Source of the DNA: Auanema rhodensis
Lineage: Eukaryota > Animalia > Nematoda
Reading direction: 5' to 3'
Assembly (NCBI GenBank): GCA_964057225.1
Contig: OZ059895.1
Location: forward strand, 15,996,001-16,060,000
Length of the DNA stretch: 64,000 nt
Made by a program: the position numbers and the translations under genes
The notes under the pieces: model-generated
The model's input: the letters and a program-made list of their open reading frames with translations, nothing else
Databases searched by the model: none
Told to the model about the DNA's origin: nothing
Shown: positions 1 to 15,400 of the stretch, piece after piece
Layout of the letters: every line of letters starts with the position of its first letter
Numbering within the stretch: the first letter of the stretch is position 1

Positions 1-2989
1 TCAACCGTCCAATGTTTTGCCTTATCTAGACCTGAAATTAGATTCATCCTGAGTAACAATGTTGGAGGGTTTGTTTACGAACCTAGAATTAAGAAACATT
101 TTTTATTTAGAAAAAGGCAGCAAGTTTTATGCACTCCAGGAGGAGTTGGCTTGAAAGAGGTATTTGTAAGCTGTTTTATTTTTTTCGCACTTTAATATTA
201 TAGGTTGTCAGCAATTTATTTGGAGGACGAACGGACAAAAATAAAATGTTAGACTTAGAAAAAGATTCTCCTGATGAAGAGATCTGCTCTATTTATGGTG
301 TAAATAGTGTTAAAGATGAAGAATATGACTCTATCAGGTTTTCCATATTTGAAGAATTTCAATTACATAGCCATGTTCAGTTTATCTGGCTACATTAGTT
401 CATGTGAACATGGGTACGGAAGAAGCTCAACAGATAGACAGTTTTTATATTTCAATAAGAGACCTGTGGATTATCCAAAGGTGGCGAAATATTTTATATG
501 TTTTTAAATATATTCAAACTTTAGGTTTGTCGAGCTATAAATGAAGTTTATCAAGCATACAACAAATCTCAATACCCTACGCTTGTGTTGTTCGTAGATG
601 TGCCCCCAGGTTTGCTTCTAAATTATATCTTTTTCAACTGTATAAGTTTTATTTAACAGAAAGTATTGATGTAAATGTGACACCAGACAAAAGAACTGTA
701 TTCTATGACAAAGAAAGAGTATTGCTGGCAATCATCCGTGCTTCTGTACTTTCTACTCTGAAGCAAGTTTTGGGAACGTTCACTACTGCTAGTGGATCTC
801 AGTCAGGTTTACAACCTTTTAGATCATTGTTTTTTCACCTTTTTGCATGTAGCTGTTCAAACTAGACTGACAAGAGCAATACAGTCGACTCTTAATCGAT
901 CAGAGTCATCAGACTTGGATTCGTCAAGAATTTCATTATCGTCGTCAGCTGATCCTTTGCCAAGTGTTTATGATCTACTTCGATCTGCCAATTTGGGTGC
1001 TAAACGTACCTCTACTTTTGATAAGCCAGAGGCTAAGAGAGGAAAAACCAGTTCACGTGAATCAGCGTTCAGAACGTTGGAATCATTTTCGTTCAGTTCA
1101 ACTCCAAATAACACGTCTTTGTCCTCGTCTATTGCCACCTATGCTACACGATCAACAAAAAATAATAGTAAAAGTAATGATAATGATGACAGTGAAGGTA
1201 TATCAACCACTGTTACTGAAGCAACCTTTTTAAGACGTTTGTATAAAACAAAAATATTGATAATCGTAAGCAATACTTTCAGATTTAACACCTGATAAAC
1301 GAACAAGTACTCCTATTTCTAAAACCCCTACCAGTTCCGCAAAAAAGACTAGTAGTTCTTCTTCGAAGAAAAAAGATTCAGTTTTTTCAAACTCTTCAAA
1401 TATTCCGACAGCGCCTGCTTCAAAAGATTTAAGAAATATTTTCTCACCCCAAAATGAGGTTTGCACTATTCGATGCAAAAAAAAACTAATGCATGTTGAT
1501 TGCAGCGGGAAGGCTTATTACAAGGAAGAACGTCGCTTATGGCGCTTTCTCGAGGTTCTCAGCATGAAAGAAGTGAAGATGACGAACGTGTCTTCAAAGC
1601 ACTTGAAACAAGATTAGATTCAGATGAGAATCAAGCTTCTGAGCACACTGAAGATATTCGCCAAGCAGGAGACGCTGAAGATATTCGCCAAGCAGGAGAC
1701 GCTGAAGATAATGGCTCCAGAAGCCCTAAAATTGAAGTTGCTTAAGAACACTAATTGTTTTTCGAACCTACATTTAGATCCTTTCACAAACGAATGCTGT
1801 GATGTCTCAATTGAATGATAATGGGACTTTTATGCGTCCTCAACAAACTGTTTGTTCCAAGAAGTTTTATCTTATTTTCCTCATAATTAAACATTTAGGT
1901 TCCATTCGATCTAGAAACGTTTAACGAACGTATGAATTCAATGGAAGCGCGAAGAGTAACAAAAGAAGAAATTCAGAGGTATTCAATTTGGTTTCAATTG
2001 ATACAAGATATGTATTTGATTATAGTCAGATTGTTAGCGAAGCTGTATTTCAAGCTGCTTTAGAACCTGAATCTAATGAAAAGGCAGAAAAGGAATTAAC
2101 ACAGATATTAAAGTCATTCAACGACATTTCTGATATTTATTATTTTTATTTGATTTCAGGAAAAGCGATTTCAATGATATGAATATTATTGGTCAATTTA
2201 ATAAGGGCTTCATTATAGCTCGTTTAAGAAATAATCTTTTCATTATTGACCAGCATGCTTCTGATGAAAAATTCAATTTTGAACGTTTCCAGAAAAAAGC
2301 GTGTGTTGACAACCAGAAACTTTTACAGTACGATATTAAACTAAGCAAGCCATGTTACAAACTTATATTTAGACCATCGCCTTTGAATTTTGGCGCTTTA
2401 CAGGAATCAGCTTTGAGAGATAACATCAGTATATTCAGAGCTAACGGTTTTGATTTTGATTTCAAAGAACAACGTTAGCATGAGTAAATTTTTGTTGTGT
2501 ACTTTTACTTTATATTATAGCTGATGGTGGTACCTTGGCTTATTTGACATCAGTTCCAGTTTTAAACAGCTGGCAGTTTGATAGATCTGGTATAAAGAAA
2601 ACCTAAGAAATTGTGTGAACATTCATGTTTTTGTTTCAGATATTGAAGAAATTCTGTCCTTTGTTCAAGAGTTTCCCGGCGAAATGTACCGACCGTCAAA
2701 ATTGCAAAAAATATTTGCTTCACGTGCTTGTCGTAAGTCAGTTATGATAGGTACAGGCCTTAATCATAAACAGATGGAATCAGTTAGTTCTATATCGATT
2801 TCTCATCTAATTTCTCTTGTTTAGATTGTCCGAAATCTAGCTAAGTTAGATCAACCTTGGGTATGTTTTATGTTTTCTTATCTTCCGTTTTAAAAGAAAT
2901 CATCTTTTTTTCAGAATTGTCCTCATGGTCGACCAACTCTCCGCCATCTAGGAGATATAAGTCATGTTTTTAGTGATGTTAATGCTTGA
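1..2989 (+). CDS. pms-2: Mismatch-repair endonuclease PMS2, 5'-truncated by window edge, multi-exon
   Basis: Exons give [40 protein letters not shown], the endonuclease motif [25 protein letters not shown] and [13 protein letters not shown]; stop TGA at 2987-2989. Confidence 0.95.
1648..1710 (+). repeat. 27-bp in-frame tandem duplication (EDIRQAGDA x2) in the PMS2 linker
   Basis: ctgaagatattcgccaagcaggagacg repeated directly, plus a partial third copy. Confidence 0.9.
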
Positions 2990-5385
2990 ACAGTTAGTTG
3001 TTTCAATATTCTTTTTTCTAAAACTTGATATGTATAATTTGCCATTTCTCACATGTAATTCTTTTTTTCTCGTTGAACATTTTTATAAATTCTAATAATA
3101 ATGAAAGACGACGTTTATGCTTTGAAGTATGGGTTGTTCGGGCCATACACGGCCTTTTTAATTCATTTCTCTGTTGTGCTCTTCTTTTCCCTGTTAACGC
3201 TTACTTCCAACAACTAATCTCTTTCGCTTTCTTTGCTATGAATGTTTGAGGTTTCGGTAAGTATGACTAGACTGATCATTGCTTTTTCTACTCTCTTTCT
3301 CCCTTGCCTAATCTTGTTCGGACACAGCTTCTCCGATGACCTCTCAAACAACTTTTCTTCCCAAGATTACACATTTCAAATTTGCCTTGCTATTTGGTAA
3401 ATCAAAACAAATCAAATTTATTTGTGTTAATAGTTAACTCAACTTTTTAAAAAATATTTTTTAGAACACTTATCAGACTTAAAGTTCTTTTCAAGATTAA
3501 CCAATATTTGCTTTGTTTTCATACTTTAACATAGTTCACTAGGTTGTTTCTCTTTTTATTACACAACTTGGATTTTTTGTTCGATTTAACCTGGATTTAT
3601 GAAACCACAACCATTCAATGTTGTTGGTCTATTGCCACTTGTCTAATATTCTTCCGAATGCATCCTTTCTTGAATCTAACCCAATTCTCGCTCGGAGATC
3701 TGATTCCATCATGAATGGGAGCTCTTGCAAAACCACTTATTTGTGCTCCAAGTAGTGGGAAAACGAAATGAATGATTGATCATCTCAAATCAGATCGCAA
3801 CCATTCTTTAACTTTACGTGTGTTATGTCGTCTACGAAGAACGAAATCTTGCCTGTTGAATCAGTTTCCACGACCTGTGATAAATTGATTAGAATCGCCA
3901 ACCATATTCTCTACATTGAATTTGATCATTGTCGTTTAACGGTGCGGAAATTTTCTGTGATGTTATAGCCCCTTTCATCATTTTCTTGTATTTTCGTTCC
4001 CTCCTTTAATTGCCTATATTCCCAACTTTCTCACATTACTTTATATTTTATCATCTCTCGTCTCCTTACACTTATGTGTACAGCCTTGACTTCCTGAATG
4101 AGGCAAAACGTTCAAAATCTCATGAATCTTCTCTCCTGATGATTGCACGTCAATTCTCGCTTCCATCATAAATTCTTGTCAGCTAGCTCCCTCTGTGCAT
4201 TTACGTTTTTGCCCCAAATCTTGCCTATTCTTAATATCTAGCAGGTTCTTCTCTATTATCTTCAAATCCATCTTCCATATCGCCTACCGTTCACATCACC
4301 TATATTCAGGATTTCAAATCTCGAATTTCCTTATTATGAACTCTCAACCAAAATTGATGATATTCGCGTGTGGTGTCTAGATGAATCACGTTTCTTATGT
4401 ATAGAGTACGTGAAAACTGTTTCATATTTTATTTTCAATTCAGTAGAAGTGATGAGCGGTTGGTCACAACTAATACAATGCGTCCTTATCTAATATTTTG
4501 GTTCATTTCGTGTGCCATCCTTATTTTTATTCGCTGTACACCTACTTACTGTTTAATTCTTTATCTTTCTTCTAAATATTTTTTCTTATTTTAGTTTTTT
4601 ATAGGATTTAAAATATTTTTATCATCTCTATCGTCTACTAGTCGTGAACTTAAGAGAGGCTTTGGTATTTGCGAGATGTTGTATCGGGGTTTCACACAGG
4701 ATTTTTACCCTATATGAGGTAAGAATTGTCTTTATTACTCCGAGGAAATGTGCTCGGGGACCCATAAAACTATGGTCATGATTGAATGAAAGGAGGCGAA
4801 CGATGGAACCTATGGGAAGGAAGAGAGCGTATGCATACAAACCCATTCCCCTTCCTTCTGATCTTCATCGTTCATCTCTCTCCTCTTCCTCCTCTTCCTA
4901 TCCGCTCTACTCCACCCCTATTCCAACATCGCTCTTCTCTCGATTTCTTTCTCCCTTACTCCCTCACCCTGAAACGCACAGCTGACAGCCGCCTAGGTCC
5001 GTGGCTGCTGGCGAGACATCAGACCACGAGAGTAGTGTGCGGGGCTTTGGGCGAGTCAGGCACATAGACACATCGATCGCAGCCCACCCTTACGACCAGC
5101 AACAACAGCCAGCAGCAGCAGCCGTCGACAGCGACTCACACACATATTCATACTTTTCCTCCTAAACTGTTACTTCTTCAGTCTTACGTAGGCTGATTTA
5201 GTTATTTAGACAGGTTGTGAGAAAAGAATAATCGATTTTCTATACTTTGATTGTTTTCACCAACCGTTTTGTCTGATTTTTCTTTTGCTTTTTCGTTATT
5301 TCATTGAAGTCTATACTTTATTTCTACCTAACCCGTCACCATATACAGCCCACTTCACAGCCCACAGGCCGTGCCAGCTCGGCTC

Positions 5386-8300
5386 ATGGTCGAGCTGTGT
5401 GAGTTGAAACAGTTTGTTGACGAGGATCAATGGCCTGCTGATATCGATACACGAATTGCCAATCTCGACTTTGGAGGCGACAGTGTGCTTTTTGAAAGTT
5501 TCGATCCTTCTGTCAGTACTGATTCATTGGATTCTGCTCAACTTAGAGAGCAATGTAGACCTCGTACAGATGACTATCAGATGGCCTTTGCCGATTCTGG
5601 TCATTGGCAATCAGGAATTGGCTCAGGTGGACCGGCTCCATTAACTACATGGGGTCGAATCCATTCCACGGAGCCACTAGACGATAAAACAGCTTCCGCT
5701 CCTGATATTGGACCAACTATTCATGCAGGCCAAACTGCAACTAACGCAACTAACGGTATTAGTACTAGTATTCATACCCGAGGTGCAACTCGCCCACGAG
5801 CTCGCCCCACAAGCCTATTAGCTAATTTTGTGGATAGCCGCAGATCAGATGCAGCAGCTCGATATGTAGACTTTAATGATAACGAAATCGTAAGCCCAGG
5901 TCTCCAAAGAGCAGACCGATGGAGGACACCTAGAGCTTCTACAGCACCAGCGAAACCTAGACGTACCTTTGCTGATCTCCAGAAGAATATGGCCCCAGAG
6001 CTTCAATTTCTGGCGCTTCCTCATGAGGTAGTTTTTAAACATGTATTCAACATATCCCATGGATCCCCGTGCATATTCCCAGAAATTATTTTGTATAGTT
6101 TTAAAACATTTGCTTATATTCCAGATGCCAACATTGTGTGAGTCTAGTTCCATGTCGCTAAGTGATGTTTTACTAAAAGTTCGACGCGAAGGTATGCCAC
6201 CAATCACATCAGATCTTGATCTACCTGTTCCTAGTCTTTTTCAAGTAAGTTTTTTTTGTTCATTTTCGATCGATGTTGCCCCTAGTTTCGCAATGTTCGT
6301 CTAGCATGGCAAAACACGGGGTGACGTCAACAAGCTTGCTTGTGTGGAGGGCAAATTCTAATAAGAAGACAACTTTCTAATTATCTTTTCTAGGATGATT
6401 CTCCCGACTCAGGCTTGGGTTCGAGTGGTCCTTCACATATTGAAGATTGGCCTTCTTTATCCATTCTACTGCCCAAGTACGTACCATTTATTAGAATTAT
6501 TTTTTTATTTATTTCTATTATTTGTTCATTACTCTGCTTATTTGTCCATAACGTTTCTGTTCATATGATATATGACATCATTATTATAATAGTTTGTTAA
6601 TTCATATTATGATTCTTCTAAAAACGGCTGTCTACGTTTTTCCTCATCTTACTTCCCATTTACTAGGAACTAGGAAGTTGCTTAAATCATCGTGAGCAGT
6701 TCGTACACTATATGCATATTCGCTGCAGCCCACTCGTTTCTTATGCCATCAACATTCTTTCTCTCTCGTCTCCCACTTTGCATCTTATATTCCACAATTC
6801 TTCATTCTCTTCTTCTCTTCAGCGCGTATACATCCCTTCTGCTCCATACATTCTGAATTTCTCCTCAATTTCCTATCGATTATGCGTCTCTGAGGCAGAT
6901 TTCGTAATGAGTCTCAGGGCATTTCCATGCGACAACAGCCTCAGGGCAATGGGAAGATGAACTATGCTTTTAGCTGAATCTCCTGAATTAAAGTATTAAC
7001 GTTCTTTTTCTCGAGAAAAAAAACTTTTTCTTTTTTTTCATTAGTTGATTCACTGAAATAAAAGGGAGTGTATGTCATAGTTAACTGCCGTTACATCCTC
7101 GTTTTATGTGTCCTTAATTTTCAAAATTATCTGAGCATTAGCTGTTTATTGCTGTACTATCTCAGGTCACATCGTCTCCGATTTTCATCTATATGTTTTT
7201 TGTAAAATTGAGACGAAAATCCTCCTCTTAGTGTGTGTGTTATACGTCGATTTCAATTTAAACCGGCAGTTTTGCAAACAAGCATTGTGCATCATCCTAA
7301 ATTTGATATTTTCGTGGAAGAAAGAAGAAGAAGAAGAAGATAACCACATTATTTTGGTGCAACTAACAGCCCGAAAAAAAACTATGAAGTTACTACTATT
7401 TTGGCTTCTTATCTTTAAAAAACATCTTTATTTATCTCATTTTCCCACTTATTAGCTTAGTGTAGCATATAGATTGTGAAACGCTTTCAATTGCTTAAAC
7501 TCTTGAGAAATGCTGAAGAAGAAATAACGGAAGTGGCGATTAATCTGTCGTCACATTGTTGTTCAAAGCTCATTTCCATCATTCGTTTATAATTGTTTTA
7601 GCACCTAGGTGCGAGTTGATGTTATAGTTAAGAATCCTTCGTCGAAATCTCGAAGAAGATAACTTGTGAAAACATGCAAATATTAGTTTTATTTTATAAC
7701 TTTTGCCTGTTGACTTCAACTTAAAGTATTTCGAGGAATGTTTTTCGTTAGTACCTAACCCGGCAGTTTCACTCTTTTCGTGTGAAAAATGGGCTGTTGT
7801 CTATGTACGTATGTCAATATCCTGTTCACTATCTAAGCCACATAAAATTTGGTTGTTTTGTGGGCTCGATTGCGAAATGTTCGGTGGAACGATTTACAGA
7901 TGTATCTAGCGCATGTGTGATTCCTTAGGCTTCATGACCACAGGCTACACTTTATTTCCGATTGTTTCCGATTTTCGTTTGTGTCTTACCTAAAACGTCC
8001 AGGTGTCTCCCAATGTGATTCTACAGTTTTGAACAAAAAACGCCACATGGCCAAAACTAATGGAATCTGTGGAATGTTCTAGTTGACGACGTGCTGTTCG
8101 TTCTGTCGTTTGTCATGTTCTGTATATCGTTGACTGTCAAAGAAGCCATCATTGACTAATTTGAACGTTGTCATTAGTTGGCGATGAGTCATGGAATAGT
8201 TTTGCGATTTTTTCTGATATTGTGTTTGAAAATGCATATTTCCATCTAACCCTAGAAAAGGGTTGGAAAGGAAAAGCAACATTTCAACTAGTTTCATATG

Positions 8301-11300
8301 CCAGCATGCTTCATATAAGAACTTTGTTTCTATAAAACTGGCCTTTCATATTTCTAGTGCTTTTATAAATTTGAGCAGTAATCAAGTACTGGGATTGTGT
8401 TGTCCATACGATAGACAAATAGCATTTCATGCTTGAGATCGACTATTAATACTGACCAACGATCGTTATCTTGAGAATGTAAATATACTGACAAACGACT
8501 TGCAGCCTGAGGCTGAACGACAGTTTGTCAGTGATTTCGGCATCTGTCCATATGAACATTATGCATTGCTCAGACATATCTCGGACCCTCTTCTCTTACC
8601 ACAGGCCTACTCACTCATTTTTAAGAATTCGATTGAAGAACGATAGAAAGACAGCCGAAAGGAGTAGAAGTTGTGAAAGCATGGGATATGAGGCCAAGCT
8701 TCAACCAAGTTCTGTTTGCCTCATATAATGCTCCCGTGAGACCGGAACAGCCAATGCTCGCGTACCGCTCGCATGAGCTTAGTTTTGAATTTGCCTACAT
8801 TGAGCTGCACTCTCGACTGGACCAAACAGATGCAGCCGGATGCTTCTAATTGCATTTCTCGGCAAACTGAACGTTAAGACAGGAGAGGCTATGTGCATAT
8901 TTTTGACTTCTCGTCTGTTTCTCGGACCTGCTCTGCAACTTCGGCATAAACCTGAGCAATGAAAATAAGTGGAAGCTTGAGCGATAGTTTGACTCTTCCG
9001 ATCCAGTATCTGTCACCGTGTATGCGATCAGTATGATGCATGATTGAAAACTGTTGGAAGCCAATTGACTGATAGTTAAAAGAAAATATTGAATCACATG
9101 CTATCTAGTTTCTCTTCCAACATCGTGATTCCTTGTTCAATCAAAGCCTAAGGCATTAGGTTTTACCAACTGTTGCTTCTCAGGGGTTCATATCTTTCTT
9201 AAATATAGATTTTATATAGTGAGTGAGCGGAGTTCAAAAAGTCCAGTTGTTTATGAGGCAATTTGAAGAAAATGCCCTCAATTTTATTGGAAATAGTCTG
9301 TATTATAGCAATTGAAGATCACTTCTCGCGGGCTTAAATCTAGAGAGACAATGAAAGTGCCGCCCTTGAAGATATAACTCGGCTTTCCTTAGTTCATATA
9401 TCAGATGCTAAGAAAGATAAAGAGACAAGTAACAGGATATCTGATAATGTACGAAGAGAAAGAGTTTACTTCATCAAACTGGCATATCATCTTACTTTTA
9501 CTTACTCCATATCTCTCTGCCTTGTAAACATATCCATTTGTTTTACCCAATTTTCGTCTGTGACGAGTTGATATGAATATTAAGAAGGTTGTAGAGTAAT
9601 CATTAATGGGTCAACAACCTTGTAAAATATATAAGGGATCTTTGATGCGTAGTACAACTGTTACAATCTGAATTACTCAGTAATGATTATATGAATAGAT
9701 ATCATATTACTAATATCAGATTATACTATTATATATCGTTTATCTTATCATATAGTTATATTTCGTATTCTTTATGTCATCTTCCTGCTCATCTATCATT
9801 CTCATATTGAAGTTCTGGCAGTTGCATTTAGAAATTTCAAACAAACAATCAAAATTAAAGGGATTTAAGCTTATCCTTTACTGTTTTCAGACATGTCGCT
9901 GATGCTTGTTCCTTCTTCAAGTCTAATGCACAGTTGCTGTCATCGACACACCCTTCGAACTGTATAGAAAGAAGCCGACGATCCGAACCATGTACCACTT
10001 GCTTCCGCGTCCGGAGGAAGTAAGTATTCAGTTCATTAAATTTACAATTTTATGTTGTTGGGAATTAGAGAGGAAGCGAATTGAATACAATGAGAGCTAG
10101 CGAATCTTTTCTAATTGTGATTCACTCATCTGCTATTACTTTCAGAATTCATCCTCCAAATTGGGCGCAATCCGCTACTTCGCGTCATGTTCTCTGCGAT
10201 TGTTCCAACTCGGAATTCATGGAGACATACGAATTAATGCCACGACCTAGCAGGTAAAAAGCTTTCTTTAAAGTTGAAAAGCAATTGACGGTAGTTCATA
10301 AATATGCTGCCATCAATGATTGATGTGCAAATGTGACCGATTTATGCTTGAATGCAGAGTAAAAATGAAAAATAATTTTGTGTTGCCGGTAGCTTCGGCT
10401 GCCAGCTTCTAAGTGTCAATAACAATAAATAAGAGAAACTTGAAACAGATGACAATTTGCGGAAGTATATGAAACAAAACTAATTTCAGACCATCCACTT
10501 GTCCTACACTTCGTAACCGAGAGTTATCAATTGTTGGTCTACCTATTTATGCTGTGAAAAGAACACTAGTGGAGGCTGTCGTGGAAGCTGTAGCTGGTAT
10601 TGCCAGGGGCGAAGGACCATATGCTTTGGTACAAGCAATGGAGGCTTTAGTCTCCGATGGCTTGAAAACCGAAAATTCAGTTTGGGATATGATCCGAACA
10701 GTCACAGCCCCTGGTCCAGCTACAAAGGATGTTTATTCCATTGTAAGAACATTGGATAACAGCGAGAAGTCCCTAAATTCTCGCGTCGAAATATTCTTCG
10801 AAGAACTATTAAAGTACGTTCTATCATCTCATTATTTCATCTTTAATCTCACGTTTCAGAGAAAACTCTTTGGACTGCTGGCTTAGCTATGTTGTTCTCA
10901 AGGAGAATGTTTTGAAAAAACTTTATGACGATGGAGCATTCCTTCTTAGTTGCCCTTCGGCTTACAGATCTCTACTCTGGCGCTTGATCGATTGTCTAGC
11001 AATTATTCCAGGTTAGGAACATATCTTGATATAAATCTTATAAACAAATTTACAGTTTTGGAAGCCAGAGACCCCTTACAGACACGCTCGATGTGGACTA
11101 GACCCACCAGAATTGTTGGAGATAGCAGAGTTCCCAAAAGTTCTTCTGTTCCCGCTCGGTTATCAGTGCAACCTAATTATCGCAGTTCGAGAATTCCACT
11201 ACCCAAAAAGTAAGTTTTTTCTTATTTATTTTACGTTGCTTTCTATATGTTACTTCTTCAAGATGCTATTGAGTTTTTTCTTTTTTTTCTGACATGTTTA

Positions 11301-11616
11301 CTCGAATTTTATTTGAAATATTTTATTCCCAAAGAGGCCTTATCAATTATAGAGCATGAAAGCCTAAACATATATTTTCAGCCGTCCTTCAATGTCAAGG
11401 ACTATGTCAACTGCCAAGAGTCTTATCCGGGCTTCACCTATGGCTAGTGTGATTGAAGATTCTCCTGGAGGAGCTGGTCAACTGTTCGTATCTCGGGGAG
11501 AACAGGTCCGAATCCTGTCAACAAGGGGGAACATGGCAAGATGTTGTCGAGTACACCCCCGCCGTAGCCACGTTTTCACAGGATCCATACCTGTATCCAA
11601 CCTCATTCTCCAATAA
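5386..11616 (+). CDS. unc-14: UNC-14 RUN-domain kinesin/UNC-51 adaptor, multi-exon with a ~3.4-kb intron
   Basis: N-terminus MVELCELKQF resembles C. elegans UNC-14; RUN-domain-like exons at 10490-11010 (ALVSDGLK...VWDMI...LDCWLSYVV); SH3-like C-terminus; exon edges approximate. Confidence 0.8.
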
Positions 11617-12447
11617 TGATCTGTACACAGCTCTTGTTTTCTCCTTCCAGGGTTGAAATGCATGAAGCCACCAAAGCTTTTCCCCATCATTCTCATAAAA
11701 TCTTTATTTCTGTCTGTACCCGGTATTCTGTCTGCTCAGGCCATAATTCTCTCTTGTTTTTGTGTAAGTACTTCTCATCTCGACAAGCTTTAGCAAGTCG
11801 AAGAGTGGCAGACGATAATCCACTATTGTCGATCCCTTGCCCCATAGCTCCCGTGATACTCCCGCCTAGTCATCTTCTGTTCCGGCGTTTTACAAATTTT
11901 ATTAAATAATAAGACGTTAATTTGCACTCGGCAACATGTTTCGTGTCGAATAAAAAGTTTTAATAACATTTCCCTGTTCATTTTTTTCGTAACGGCGTCA
12001 AAGGATTACCATAATCCCTTGAAACCGAACACCATCAGTGTCTATATTATGACGCATGAATTTATAAAACATCATCATCATCATCATCATCGTCCAGAGA
12101 CATATTGATTGCCACGGTTATGCTGTTAACTCGTATATAGTTACTACATACCCGGAAATGTATAACGATTGCAGTTCCGGATATAAGTTGTGTACACTTC
12201 AAAAACAATTTGAATATCACTCAGTTTTACATGCAAGCATGTGTGTGTATTTGTGTGTGTATATATATATGTATTCGTCATATAGAATTATATGAAATAT
12301 GACATAGGAAATCCTGGAACATAGTAGTTTTACTGAATTATCTGGCTACACTATAATATATAGTTAGCAATACAAGTCTTTAGTAGCATATAAACACAAA
12401 GATCATCCGCAAAAGGTAAACAAATATTAAATAATTATTAAATGTAC

Positions 12448-15400
12448 TCAATAGCGACGAGCTGCGTACTTGTTGTCATAGTCGTATCTCATACTGGAAT
12501 TTGAGCCGTAAGCCCAGGAATCTAAAAACGTGTAAGTGAACGAGTTTGTTATTAACAAAAAGTACTTTCTGCTCCTCGACCTCCACTGCTGCTACCCCCA
12601 CCGCCGCCGCTACCACCGGTCCAGTTAGTGTTTAAAGCTGAGCTACCCCCTGAACCACCGGAGCTTGACCAATTTTGGTTTCCATATGAATGATGAGCAT
12701 TTGGATTCCAGTTTCCAGAGCTTCCCATCGTTCTAGATGACGAATAGTTGTTATCTCTCGATGCTGCAAAAAACCAAAATGACATGAGCATCTCATCAGA
12801 TAAGAACTAGCCAGTTCCAGAACTATATGAATCTCGCCCTCCATAATAAGAAGAGGAATTCCCGAGAGAACTTGAACCAGCTGTTTCCCTAGAACGTGAA
12901 AATTATTTTGAAGAACAAGCATATTACATGTAGAACAGCAAAAAAACAAACCTGCTAGTATTATTGAAATTTTCCCTTTCGTAACCTCGAGAATAATTTC
13001 CCGAAACAGCACTGTTGTGCTTACTAGAAAATCCAGCATCGTTTCTTCCGACACTTCGGTCTCTATCTGGAATCGGCAATTATTTTCAAACTTAGTATCT
13101 CAAGAGGAATTACCCGGATGAACAGAGCGATTGGAATGTATGTTGGAACTACTTCTGAAAATGAATACGTTTAGGTACGTTTGCTTGATTTAGTCTCTAA
13201 CCTGTCATGTCTTCTACCATCTGATGGAGCTCGTGAGCCTACTCTACCGACATGCTTCTCTCTTTGCTCGCGATCCCTCACACGGTCGCGTTCACGGTCT
13301 CTTTCACGGTCACGGTCTCTATCACGATCCCTTTCAGAGTGACGGGAATGAGAACTTGTTCGATTCCTGAAGAAATCACATGCACAAGTTAAAAAAAACA
13401 GTTTGGTCAAATAACACGAACTACCAACAATCACGATAACTACCTGGTTGTGTCAGAAGTAGCAAACCCTTCACTTCTCACGGCTCCCGTGTTGCCGGCC
13501 ATTACTAGAGCAAGTTTGAGCTGTAACTCCAGCTTTTCTTTTTCAATCTTTTCGCGTTCGATTTGCATCTGTTGCTTTTGAAGTTCAATGTTTCTTTCGA
13601 GGTCTCTGACGCGTCGTGCATCGTCACGCATGCGGATTTCCATAACGTCTCGACGATCCATAGGATCTGGTCGTACGACATTGCCGGATCGAGGCATGGG
13701 TGGGCCGTGACGAGCGTTTGCTGATGAGCTCGTACGGCCATAAGGGCGAGTCACTCGATTACTCAAACTTGGTCTATAAGAACTGGAACCACGGAAGCCT
13801 TCTGATCTGCGGGATGGAATAGGTCGTCGTGCAGGACGCCTGATATCCTTTGCCGGTCGACGATCATCTTTACGGGACTTGACATCCTTATCTGAAGATT
13901 GTTGAATTTAATTAATTTCGTAGCTGCTTCTTTCTTTAGATATAGATAAACAATGAAGATAACTAGGTTAAAAGAAGTAGAAGAAGAGATCATAGGTAGA
14001 AGTACCGACCATTATCACGACGAATCCGATTATCATTAGCTTTCTTTGGTTTATCAATGGTAATTCGTTCATGCTTGGATTCCTTTGGATCGGACTTCTT
14101 TCCACTTGGATCTTTCTTATTCGACTCAGACTTCTTGGCATCCTTCGGAGAATCGGAAGTACTCTCAATGTTGCCGGCCTCAGGTTCAATTAATGAAGCT
14201 TTGTCGCTATTGGAAGGAGACGAAACAGGAGGAAGTCGAAATTTGATAGCCTGAACCATTTAAAGTTAACAAAACTGGACCATAAATAGACGAGGCATCA
14301 TCAGAATAATTATGCCGACCTTCTCGATATTCAATGTCATATTTCTCCACACGAGTTTATGTAGTTGGGTGAAGCATTTTTCGAAGCTTTCCATATCTAC
14401 AAGGGTGACATATCCATAGCATTGTTGATCCAGACCAGCTTGTTTCTTCGTAGTAAAAATCTTAGCACGGAGAACTTTTCCATGTTCAGCAAACAAATTC
14501 TGCAAGTCGATTCCACCATAGACCCCAATCCAGCATGCTTAAGAAAACGATGAAAACTAACCTTCAATTCTGCAGCTTTTACTGCGATGCTTAAACCACG
14601 AACCCAAACTGATCTCTTTAGCAGTTCTTGTTCATCTTCTTTGTCTTTAGCATCAGGAGAATCAGTTGGCTCCATGGTACGAGCAAGGACAGGTGAAGCA
14701 GCATCGCATTCGCTCTTCTCATCCACTTCATTTAACGGATCTTCCAATTCTTCTTCGTGATGATCAAGTTCCTCATCAGGACATAAACTCTTGGAATCCT
14801 TGTTCTCAGATGAGCAGCTTTCTCTGCCTTCGGCAGGCTCATCTGAAGCGCACTTTTCTTCATCAATGGCGACATCATCATCCAAACAAAGTTCAGTTCC
14901 ACTAGCTATAAAATGAAAGTCGGCTTCCTTAAAAGCTAAGAAGCTCGTACTGTCAACAACTCTAAGCGATCCCTCATCTCCTGTAGTATCTAGATTGTCA
15001 GCTGGTTCTTCCGTTTCAACAGTAGCATGCGATGTGGAAGAAACAGAATGGTCAGCAACTGGAGTCTGGGAACTGATGGGAGTTGACGTACATCCCGGAC
15101 CGATGTAAAATTTGAATGTTTGTGGGTCATGACCTTCCGTTCTTAAAGCCTATAAAATTTTCACTCATACTTCATAATACGGCTTCTTTTTTTCTTTTTT
15201 TACGCCATTTCGGATAGCTTGGTAGTAGGGGTGGCCCTCACAACAACAAACAATCAATGCTTCGCGGGTGCAGAAGAGGCGTGGTTCTTCGTCGTATCTA
15301 TCTTTCCACTCGTTTCAGCACAAGTTTCCTCTTCTCAGAGCTTTAGCTCCAAGTTCATACTCTTTACTCTTTATCTGTTAAGCTTAGGCTCCGTGCAAGG

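Noticed and set aside
3025-9800. Short ORFs in the unc-14 upstream region and large intron
   Set aside because: Low-complexity, F/L/I/S-rich translations typical of non-coding AT-rich DNA
12069-12275. (CAT)n and (GT)/(AT)n microsatellites
   Set aside because: Short ordinary simple repeats in 3' UTR or intergenic DNA
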